Source of the DNA: a virus
Taxonomy: Duplodnaviria > Caudoviricetes
Virus record (IMG/VR): IMGVR_UViG_3300042386_001217
Span: 1 to 61,836 of that record
Strand: one strand, 5' to 3'
Length of the DNA stretch: 61,836 bases
Each line of letters starts with the position of its first letter. The stretch's first letter is position 1. Positions 20,224-28,744 of this stretch are shown piece by piece. The notes under the pieces were generated by a model. It saw only the letters and a list, made by a program, of their open reading frames with translations. It did not search any database and was not told where the DNA came from. The translations under genes and the position numbers were made by a program.

Positions 20224-22071
20224 TTATATAATATCAAAAAGTTTGTAATTTTTCAACAAAGTTTCCAGTTGTTCTAAACTAACGAGTAATCTTTTTCTTT
20301 TGTAACCCTTAGTAAGTTCAATTAACACTTCATTTTGTGGTTCAACACCAACTATCTCAAAATAAGTGTCAGGTTGTGTTGGTATATTTTTTCTAACGTT
20401 GAATCCGAAATTTTTAACAATGTAATCAACAATTTTAGAATACTCATCAATATCATCAAATAACCCGTCTTCATTATCCATAATACTATCGTACAGTTTT
20501 TCAATTTCACCTCTTATATCACTATTAAGTTCTGAAACTAAAGTGTCCTCGTCACGATACTCATAAGAATTTTCTATAACATCAGGAAGACTTAAAGTTG
20601 TAATTGACATGGCAATCGTCTTTTCTATTGAGTTTTTTGGGTCCGAATTTTCTTCATAAAGTTTTAACATGTCTTCAACACTGATAGAATAACTTTTAAA
20701 ACACTTAATCATCTTAATACCCAAAGGTCCCAAACAATCACAAAATTCGTCTTTAATAGCCTGTTCCAATCCTACTTCATAAGCTCTATCAGATGCCATT
20801 GAATAAGAACTAATCATATCATCTTTGAATCTATCATAAGTTCCAAGAATTTGGGCCATTTCTTTATAAACTTCCCAATTTCTGCGTTCTTCTGTTTCAA
20901 GAAAATCAAAACTAGGTCTTAATATTTTTACAATCTTTTTTAATTTTCCCAAATTTTCATCATCCAAATAACCAAACATATAACCCTCATCAAATTCTTC
21001 TTTCGCGGTATAAGAATCGGTCCACTCTCTTGATGAATACCCATAAGAGTATGATGTAATAGCAATCATTTCAGATATTGTATAATCGTATAGTTCGTAT
21101 TTGAATAACTTGAAGTATTCTTCATTGTCTTCGAACATCATGAATAATGTTCCGTTTTCAATTTCAAAATTGGTGTTAGGTAAAAAAACCTCATCTTCTT
21201 TTATTTTACCTTCTTGGTACTTTTTAAGTATTTGGTATTCGTTTGTTGAAATGTTTAATATATCATCCAAAATTAAATTAATACCTGGCATTTTTTCGAA
21301 CATAATATCGAAAGTAGACCTAGCATCCTGTTGGTCCCAAACTTCAGTACTTTCTTTTTTGTTGTTTGGTATTCTTAATGCAAACTTACCATATTTTCTG
21401 TCATTACTTTTTTTATTAATGACATAAACAAATTTTGAACTTCTAGTATAATCTTCAAAATGTCTATCCGTATCTCTTGATGATACACACCATTTTGTAC
21501 CCGCACCATACACACATGATGCTGTGTAACTCAAAGGTTGGACAATTAGGTAATTAGCATCTTCGTATAATTTTTTGGATTCTTTTTTGGCTTTTTTAAT
21601 TTCGTCTTTAGCGAATGTATATTCTTTGATATGTTTATAATATTCTCGAAGTGCATTTATACTATCATAAGAATTAATATCTTTTGGTGCTTTTAATATT
21701 TTGTCGTACACCAATGCAAAATTTTGTAAGTCACCATTTTTTAATCTATTTTGAAAATCTGTCTCAATACCCTTATTAGTCCTTTTTTCAATCAACTCCA
21801 TGTATGTAGATATATCAAACATGGTATCATCTAATGAATACGGATTCAATCCAGGATTTAATTCTATTTGTCTAAATAGCCAAGGGATGTATTTTTTGGT
21901 TGGGCTCAAATCTCGGTCCCAAATCAAACGAAACAATTCGTCTTTGTTTTCTTCAGTTGTCCTTGTCGGCCAATTAATATTCAAACTTTTGAATTTGGTT
22001 AATAAATCAGAGCGTCGGTCTTCAACCAATAACATTGACATTACTTCATTAATAACATTTTCTGACATCAT
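20224..22071 (-). CDS. Hypothetical protein with YGAGTKWC domain
   Basis: QPLSYTASCVYGAGTKWCVS; TATTTAT upstream. Confidence 0.8.
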   Translation of the reverse strand: MMSENVINEVMSMLLVEDRRSDLLTKFKSLNINWPTRTTEENKDELFRLIWDRDLSPTKKYIPWLFRQIELNPGLNPYSLDDTMFDISTYMELIEKRTNKGIETDFQNRLKNGDLQNFALVYDKILKAPKDINSYDSINALREYYKHIKEYTFAKDEIKKAKKESKKLYEDANYLIVQPLSYTASCVYGAGTKWCVSSRDTDRHFEDYTRSSKFVYVINKKSNDRKYGKFALRIPNNKKESTEVWDQQDARSTFDIMFEKMPGINLILDDILNISTNEYQILKKYQEGKIKEDEVFLPNTNFEIENGTLFMMFEDNEEYFKLFKYELYDYTISEMIAITSYSYGYSSREWTDSYTAKEEFDEGYMFGYLDDENLGKLKKIVKILRPSFDFLETEERRNWEVYKEMAQILGTYDRFKDDMISSYSMASDRAYEVGLEQAIKDEFCDCLGPLGIKMIKCFKSYSISVEDMLKLYEENSDPKNSIEKTIAMSITTLSLPDVIENSYEYRDEDTLVSELNSDIRGEIEKLYDSIMDNEDGLFDDIDEYSKIVDYIVKNFGFNVRKNIPTQPDTYFEIVGVEPQNEVLIELTKGYKRKRLLVSLEQLETLLKNYKLFDII

Positions 22072-22140
22072 AAATAAATACTTTGATTTGTTTGTTTGAG
22101 AATATATTTATATCTTTGTAAACAAGTTCTTTGAAAATAT

Positions 22141-22528
22141 GGGGGTGAAATAGAATCGATTGGCGTGATTAATGAATGGACGCACGTATGAGCTGAATTA
22201 ACTCATTAAAAACTGATTTAAACAATTAAACGGCAACGTTTTGAACAAAATGGCTGCTTGCGGTTTAATCCGTGAGGAAGCTGCTGTTGTAGCCTAATCG
22301 GCACAACACACTCAGGTCGGGAGACATATAACCTAGGAACAGAAGTCTTTTAAGATGTGGTTTCTATCTCAAAAGGAACAAAAGGGTGTAGTTCACCTTA
22401 AGGACTACCACCGTCGCTGAGCGGTGTGAAAACTCAGATATTTTGGAACATTAGAAAATGTTAACCTAAACGTGTAGGGTCTATTTTTTAGGGCGAACAA
22501 GACCGCAGGGCAGTACTGCGCATCTCCA
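22141..22528 (+). ncRNA. ssrA: tmRNA
   Basis: 5' GGGGGTG pairs with 3' CATCTCC-A including G3:U70; T-arm CGCAG-GGCAGTA-CTGCG; internal tag ORF 22232-22297 (GNVLNKMAACGLIREEAAVVA*); TATCTTTG and boxA-like sites upstream. Confidence 0.9.
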
Positions 22529-22618
22529 CTTAATTCTACAAAAGTGGTCTATATTGACCACTTTTTTTTTGTAAATATAAAAAATTGTCGTACCTTTGTA
22601 TTGTTAATCACCAACATT

Positions 22619-23044
22619 ATGAAAAACATCATCAATACCACCGACATCAAAACCGTAAACTTCATAGGAGGTCGCAAAGGCCAGTTCCGTGTAATCGTAA
22701 AATCCAGAGGGGGTTTCATGATTACCGTAGATTCACGATATAATCAAGACGAATATTACAGTAAAAACCCAGCATCAATCTTGTCAGAATACCAGAAAGG
22801 TGCAATCCAAACCATCCAGTTCAAAGCAGAAGGTACCGACCATTGGTTAACCGTATTTGCTCGTTCAGGTAAAAAGGTATTTTTCATCGATGAAGATATG
22901 TTGAGAAATGTAACTGTCGGAGTTATCAACAGTTTCTTCTTGAATACCAACTTGTATAACCAAAATCAATATCAAGCGGTTAATGCAAAAACTTGGGCCT
23001 GCATGGCATACGTAATGAACGAACCTGAATTGGTGATGGCGTAA
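22619..23044 (+). CDS. Hypothetical protein
   Basis: ATG 22619 follows TACCTTTG; the track's upstream start overlaps the promoter. Confidence 0.8.
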   Translation: MKNIINTTDIKTVNFIGGRKGQFRVIVKSRGGFMITVDSRYNQDEYYSKNPASILSEYQKGAIQTIQFKAEGTDHWLTVFARSGKKVFFIDEDMLRNVTVGVINSFFLNTNLYNQNQYQAVNAKTWACMAYVMNEPELVMA

Positions 23045-23151
23045 GATAAATAACACAAAATTACTCCACTTAAAAAGTGGGGTTTTTTTGTGCAATAAAT
23101 TTTTTTAATTCAGAAATTATCCGTAACTTTGTATTGTTAATCACCACCACT

Positions 23152-23892
23152 ATGAACACCATCACTAAACACAACACCAAAGTAAGAAACTATCAGGGTC
23201 AGAACTCTTTCATCACAAAAATGAAAGAAGTAGTAAACAAATGGGGTGGCTTGACCGAAAGACAAGCCATGGCAGTAGAAAAAGCTTTTGCAGAACCCGC
23301 TAAAAAAGTGGAATTGGAATTCCTCCCTGAGCGTATCAAAACTATCGTACAGTACAAAGGTGAGAATACTTTTGTAATGGATATCAAAGCAAAGTTCGAA
23401 AAATGGGGAACTTTGACCGACGCTCAAATCAACGCAGCAAACAAGGCGATTGTTCGTGAAGAAGAAGCAAAACAACGTATGGATGTGAACATCGACGTGA
23501 TTGGTGAAACCATCGTGGTTGGTCGTAACACAGGTGAAACCTTGAAAAAACAAAAGGGTTTACAGTTCAACCCAATGTTGTTGGATATCACTGAGGTTGT
23601 TACCTTAACTGCAAAAGCGGTAAAGTTCAAAGGTAAATTGACCACCAAAAACTGTGGTGTGTGTAAGTCTTGTGGTCGTACCTTGACCGATGAGTTCTCT
23701 CGTTTGACAGGATACGGTAAGACATGTGCAAAACACATGGGTGTTGAATACATCAAGGACAAATCTGAAGTTGAGCGTTTTAACAAGGATGTTCTTGCAA
23801 AGATTGAGGAAATCGGTGAGATGGAGTTTTGGGTTCCTCGTCGTCAAATCAAAGTATGGAACGGTGATTCTGCAATCTTATTGAAATTCTAA
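23152..23892 (+). CDS. Hypothetical protein with CxxCGRxLT...GxGxxC zinc-ribbon (DUF6011-like)
   Basis: CKSCGRTLTDEFSRLTGYGKTCAKH; ATG 23152 follows TAACTTTG. Confidence 0.8.
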   Translation: MNTITKHNTKVRNYQGQNSFITKMKEVVNKWGGLTERQAMAVEKAFAEPAKKVELEFLPERIKTIVQYKGENTFVMDIKAKFEKWGTLTDAQINAANKAIVREEEAKQRMDVNIDVIGETIVVGRNTGETLKKQKGLQFNPMLLDITEVVTLTAKAVKFKGKLTTKNCGVCKSCGRTLTDEFSRLTGYGKTCAKHMGVEYIKDKSEVERFNKDVLAKIEEIGEMEFWVPRRQIKVWNGDSAILLKF

Positions 23893-23893
23893 T

Positions 23894-24367
23894 ATGCAGA
23901 CATTCCTTCCTTATCCCGACTTTAAAGATAGTTTCCGAGCCTTAGACAACAAAAGGCTCGGAAAACAAAGGGTTGAAACATTTCAAATTATTAACGCAAT
24001 CTTGGGGCGACCTCGTAAGGATGGTCGTCCCTACAAAGGATGGATAAACCATCCTTGTTCTGTTATGTGGAAAGACCACGTACCAGCTCTTCAGATGTAT
24101 TATAATGAATGTATTGAGGTTTGGGTTGAACGTGGGTTTAAAAACACAATGCAAAGGGAAGAATACGTTGGTGATATTGTTCTACCTGATTGGATTGGTT
24201 ATGAAGAATTCCACTCATCCCACAGAGCTAATCTATTAAGAAAGGATTTTGACTTCTATTCAAAGTTTGGATGGACCGAAAATCCTGAAGACCCTTACAT
24301 TTGGCACGATGAAAAAAAACTATGGTATAAACAAATGGTTGGTACCAATGAAAGAGTTTATATTTGA
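23894..24367 (+). CDS. Pyrimidine-dimer DNA glycosylase-like protein (DenV/MSMEG_6728 family)
   Basis: MQTFLPYPDF...LDNKRLGKQRVE, GW.NHP...MW, HSSHRANLLRKD. Confidence 0.85.
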   Translation: MQTFLPYPDFKDSFRALDNKRLGKQRVETFQIINAILGRPRKDGRPYKGWINHPCSVMWKDHVPALQMYYNECIEVWVERGFKNTMQREEYVGDIVLPDWIGYEEFHSSHRANLLRKDFDFYSKFGWTENPEDPYIWHDEKKLWYKQMVGTNERVYI

Positions 24368-24404
24368 TTATTACTTTGATAATACTTATGTTTAGAACAA
24401 TTAT

Positions 24405-24902
24405 ATGGAAACAGTACTTGTATTAAATTACGACTATACACCTTTGAATGTAACTTCTTTACGTAGGGGATTTGTATTGGTTGATAAGGGTAAGGCTGAA
24501 GTTCTTAGGGAATATGAAAACCCTATCATGACCACAGTTGGAAATTTTATTAGACCTCTGATTATACGTCTTCTGAAGTACATTAAATTTAGAAGAAAAA
24601 GAGATATCAAGATATCAAGGGCAAGAATTTATCAAAGAGATAAATACGTTTGCGTATATTGCGGCGGTAATAAAAAACTTACAATCGACCACGTAATTCC
24701 TAAATCAAGGGGAGGTGAAAACTCATGGGAAAACATGGTTACTTGTTGTTTTGATTGTAATTCAAGGAAGGGAAATAAAACACCAAAAGAAGCAAACATG
24801 ACTTTAAGGGTAAAACCTTATGAACCATCAGTCTTTTCTGAGTTGGTGGCAGGTCGTGCTTCAAAAATTTGGGAAGATTTTCAGCTTGAAATGTTTGGAT
24901 AA
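24405..24902 (+). CDS. HNH endonuclease (McrA-like)
   Basis: VLVLNYDY.PL, RD...CVYCG, LTIDHVIPKSRGG..SWEN....C..CN..K. Confidence 0.92.
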   Translation: METVLVLNYDYTPLNVTSLRRGFVLVDKGKAEVLREYENPIMTTVGNFIRPLIIRLLKYIKFRRKRDIKISRARIYQRDKYVCVYCGGNKKLTIDHVIPKSRGGENSWENMVTCCFDCNSRKGNKTPKEANMTLRVKPYEPSVFSELVAGRASKIWEDFQLEMFG

Positions 24903-24946
24903 TTTAAATTCTTTCGTATATTTGTAAAAGAATTGTTATTTGAATT

Positions 24947-25032
24947 GCTCGGGTGGCGGAATAGGTAGACGCGCTGGACTTAAAATCCAGTTGTCCGAAA
25001 AGACAGTACGGGTTCGATTCCCGTCCCGAGTA
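24947..25032 (+). tRNA. tRNA-Leu(TAA)
   Basis: Cloverleaf; CTGGA-CT-TAA-AA-TCCAG; long variable arm. Confidence 0.93.
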
Positions 25033-25037
25033 CTAAT

Positions 25038-25068
25038 AAAAAAAAGGTGTCTCTCGACACCTTTTTTT
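25038..25068. terminator. Bidirectional intrinsic terminator
   Basis: A-tract GGTGTC-tctc-GACACC T-tract. Confidence 0.8.
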
Positions 25069-25117
25069 AGATTTAGGACCCCTCCTCTCTTGTTTTAAAG
25101 TTTATTCCGATAAAGAA

Positions 25118-25762
25118 TTAACCTGTTACGGTTGTTCTTATTTTATCGGCTAACTTTTCATCTCTATCTTGGATGCCCTTGAGAGTGTCGGATATTTGTG
25201 AACTTATTTTTCCTGACAAGTTACTTTTAAAACTTGAATCATCAAGTAATTTATTTAATGCGTTTCTTAATTCTGTTCCAGCGGTTCCCATTTCTTGGTC
25301 GACACCAGTTTTTAAAACATTGTCTCTGAAACATTCAACATATGCGTGTGCAACTATTTCAGATACATAATCGTGGTCACTCATCAACTTTGAAATTTCG
25401 TCATTTGGAACTTCCATTATTGCTTCTTTAACACAGTCTTTTGATTGTTCATCAATTTTTAGATTTGAATTTATGTGGTCGGCAAATCTACTTTTAAATT
25501 CTACCATTAATGAATCATCTAAATCACCAAATAAAGATTTTAGAATATCAAAAACAGCTTCGTTAATTAACGAACTTGAAAAATTTCTTTTTTTGAAAGA
25601 ATTAACTTTATTAACAAGACTTTCAAAGACACAATCAAAATCTTCACAATTTTTCAAAGTAGAAAGATGTGAATTGATTATTTTTGATTCAATAATCAAA
25701 CTTTCTTTTTTTGTTTGATTTTCTGATATAAGTTCGTTATGTATTTTTTTTCTAAGACTCAT
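25118..25762 (-). CDS. Hypothetical protein (probable late/virion)
   Basis: 214 aa; TATTTAT 4 nt before ATG. Confidence 0.75.
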   Translation of the reverse strand: MSLRKKIHNELISENQTKKESLIIESKIINSHLSTLKNCEDFDCVFESLVNKVNSFKKRNFSSSLINEAVFDILKSLFGDLDDSLMVEFKSRFADHINSNLKIDEQSKDCVKEAIMEVPNDEISKLMSDHDYVSEIVAHAYVECFRDNVLKTGVDQEMGTAGTELRNALNKLLDDSSFKSNLSGKISSQISDTLKGIQDRDEKLADKIRTTVTG

Positions 25763-25773
25763 ATTGATAAATA

Positions 25774-27357
25774 TTATGCAACTCCTGTTTCTGAGTTTTG
25801 AGTATTATTTAATGAATATATTTCAGTTTCCTCCATTCCAAATGGTTTTGGTAGATTTTCAATGTCTTTAACTCCACTTGTAAATAAATTTGTTAAACCA
25901 GATATTTTTGTTCTTCCGCTACGTAAAGTACCACAATACTTAATACCCTTTTTTATATTCTTAATCTCATCTGTTTCTGTTTTAATTTCTAACTCAGGAT
26001 TTGCCTTATATAAAGTCAATGTTTGTTTTACCAATTTTGGATATTCAGATAATAAAAACTTACAATAATCAAAATCAAGTTTTTCACCTTTGTCACCTGA
26101 TGCAACAATAACTCTTGCGTATTCTTTAACTCTACCAAAAGATTGAGGTAATTTTTTGTTTTCAACTGTCTTATTGTTAGTTGATGGACTAACTTGTGTT
26201 TGACCACTTTCTTTTTTTCTTTTATCAATCTCGTCTTTATATATAAAATCAATTAAATAAGTATCAATATAACCAGGGTCATTAGGATATGTTATTTTGT
26301 TATCCATTCTATATTTTTCAATTGCCTTATATAACATATCATCAAATAGTTGTGGGTTGGTACCTTCTGATGGTTTGGGTAAATTTATTTTTTTTCTTAT
26401 TTCATCAACAATAGGTGCTTTATCAGGAAAAAGTTTATCTTTACCCTTTGGTCTTATTGCACCAAATGATTGATTATATACCCTGAAATTTATTAAAGAG
26501 TTTGAATCTACATTACCCAAATCTTCATATTGTTTAACACCTCCTAATAATTTTTGACTTCCAGGTCCATCAATAACATTGAATACGGTTTGTTCAAATA
26601 ATAAATTAATTAAACCTTCGGATTTTCTAATAAAGAAATTTTCAAATATTTTTTTGTTTGTTGTCTTTGATAGTTCTGTTTCAATATTTGTATCACTTGT
26701 AACTATACCTGTAATTGCTCCCTGATAATATTCAATTACCGCTTCAATATATGAAAACAAAGGACTGTTATTATTATAGGATAATAAGTTTTTAGCTCTT
26801 TTTACCGTACTAATTACTTGTGGGTCTTCATTAAATTGAGCATTTTTTCTGGCGTTAAATGTATAAATAACCGCTCTATTATTATCTAAGAATGTTACTT
26901 TTTTTGCAACATCAATTATACCTTTTAATTGAGGGTCTGAACTTAAACTTTCTAAAGTTTCTTTTTGGGATTGTGAAACCCCATCTTGATTTACCGCACC
27001 ACCACTCTTATATGTGTTCCCATAAGTTGTCCACGCATTTTTAGTTAAATTACCACAAACACCATATCCCTGACCTTTATTTAATTTACCGTTGGGGTAT
27101 CCTGTTGCCCACCCCGCAGCGTTAATATCCAACCAATCTTGGAATTTTTTGACTTCATCAGTATTACCAACAGGACAAGCCTGTACTGGTGGAGGAGTAA
27201 CAACTTCTTTTTCTTTATAATACCAAACACCATCCTTTTCTTTTTTTTCAATATTTGGGTCTGTTATTTTCGCAGCCTTTTTCTTTCCCACAGCGCCTGA
27301 ACCTAATGAAATCCATCCATCACCTGGTTGTTCTAATATTAGTGAAACTAAACTCAT
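25774..27357 (-). CDS. Hypothetical protein with peptidoglycan-binding-like motif
   Basis: EVKKFQDWLD...GKLNKGQGYG..G..TKNAW, shared with 28745-30796. Confidence 0.7.
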   Translation of the reverse strand: MSLVSLILEQPGDGWISLGSGAVGKKKAAKITDPNIEKKEKDGVWYYKEKEVVTPPPVQACPVGNTDEVKKFQDWLDINAAGWATGYPNGKLNKGQGYGVCGNLTKNAWTTYGNTYKSGGAVNQDGVSQSQKETLESLSSDPQLKGIIDVAKKVTFLDNNRAVIYTFNARKNAQFNEDPQVISTVKRAKNLLSYNNNSPLFSYIEAVIEYYQGAITGIVTSDTNIETELSKTTNKKIFENFFIRKSEGLINLLFEQTVFNVIDGPGSQKLLGGVKQYEDLGNVDSNSLINFRVYNQSFGAIRPKGKDKLFPDKAPIVDEIRKKINLPKPSEGTNPQLFDDMLYKAIEKYRMDNKITYPNDPGYIDTYLIDFIYKDEIDKRKKESGQTQVSPSTNNKTVENKKLPQSFGRVKEYARVIVASGDKGEKLDFDYCKFLLSEYPKLVKQTLTLYKANPELEIKTETDEIKNIKKGIKYCGTLRSGRTKISGLTNLFTSGVKDIENLPKPFGMEETEIYSLNNTQNSETGVA

Positions 27358-27366
27358 TACTTATAA

Positions 27367-28710
27367 TTATTCAAAACCTGAATTATCTGAATTTAGTTGA
27401 TAGTTTTTACCATTTAAATTAAACCCGCCAATATTTGATTTTGTAGGTGTACCTGTAAGGTTTTGCTTTGCCATCCATTTTTTGAAACTTGCTTCATCAT
27501 CTGTATATTTTTCATTGGATTCAACGCCACGTTTTTTAGGTTTTTTTTGTGTTGGTTTATACCCTTTTATTGCGTATACAATAAGACTACCAAGTCCAGG
27601 TAGTGATAACTGTAAAAAATCTAAACTATCTTCTACAATTTCTTCAGACCATGCAGTATTGTTACAGTCGGCAACGTCTGAATCAAATTTAGTTTGTCTG
27701 TCTGAAGGAAGTTTATTATCGTTACCTAAATCGTATTCTTCATCTGAATATCCTTTTTCACTAAAACATTTATCAAAATACAATTGTTCATTTTCATCCG
27801 AAGTGTATGCAGCAATCAACCCAACAATTGGTAAGTAAATTGCGGCTGGTTTCATTATTGAAAGGTTTCCCCAACTCAGTGGCTTTTCTGTTTCTTTTAG
27901 AAAAATGCTTTTAGCTAGTTCAATAAACTTATTTTTATTAATAGCTGTATTTTCTGGCAGTTTGGCATATGCATCGTTTAGTATCTCAACAAACTTATCA
28001 AAATCAATTTGCTCGCCTGATTTTAAAGCAATACTAATACACTCATTAATAAATCCAGGCCTGTTTTTCGTAAGATTTAAAATTTCTAATGGTACTGCTT
28101 GTGAGTCAATAACGTTTTTAATAACCTGTGACAATTCTAAGGTTATTTTTGTTGCAGTATTAACGACACCAGGTTTTAATTTTACCTTATTTAATAGATT
28201 TTTAGCGTTATTAGAACCAATCTCATCTGAAAGTTCACTTAATATATTATCATAAGTGGTACTACCTTCATCCATTAATTTTTGTAAAATTTTAAAATTA
28301 TCTATAATATCCTGACTTTTACTTAATGTTGTTGTTAAATCACTACTCACTTCAGGAATTTTATCATAAACTTTTACAATAGATTTTATTATATCATCAG
28401 TCCAATTTCCCGCTGGTAACTGTACAATGTCATCAAGTATTTTTGTCATATCTAACGCATTGACAGCGGCATCATCAACACCAAAAGACGTTTTGTAAAA
28501 TAACTTAAGCGCATTTTTTTCTATATCACTAATACTTGAAAGTAAGGTTCTTTCAATTTGAGCAGCATTTCCCAGTAAATTAATTGCTTTCCAACTTGAT
28601 TTTAAGGCGGTACTAACTGCTAACGATGGTAAAGAACTTTCATTTAAAAAATATGTCTCATTCAATGACATTAATTGTTTTATTCTTTTTATTTCTGATA
28701 AAATTTCCAT
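27367..28710 (-). CDS. Hypothetical protein (probable virion/internal)
   Basis: 447 aa; N-terminal EIKRIKQLM..NE; two hydrophobic segments. Confidence 0.75.
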   Translation of the reverse strand: MEILSEIKRIKQLMSLNETYFLNESSLPSLAVSTALKSSWKAINLLGNAAQIERTLLSSISDIEKNALKLFYKTSFGVDDAAVNALDMTKILDDIVQLPAGNWTDDIIKSIVKVYDKIPEVSSDLTTTLSKSQDIIDNFKILQKLMDEGSTTYDNILSELSDEIGSNNAKNLLNKVKLKPGVVNTATKITLELSQVIKNVIDSQAVPLEILNLTKNRPGFINECISIALKSGEQIDFDKFVEILNDAYAKLPENTAINKNKFIELAKSIFLKETEKPLSWGNLSIMKPAAIYLPIVGLIAAYTSDENEQLYFDKCFSEKGYSDEEYDLGNDNKLPSDRQTKFDSDVADCNNTAWSEEIVEDSLDFLQLSLPGLGSLIVYAIKGYKPTQKKPKKRGVESNEKYTDDEASFKKWMAKQNLTGTPTKSNIGGFNLNGKNYQLNSDNSGFE

Positions 28711-28744
28711 AATCTAAGTTTTTATTATAAATATGTAATATTTT

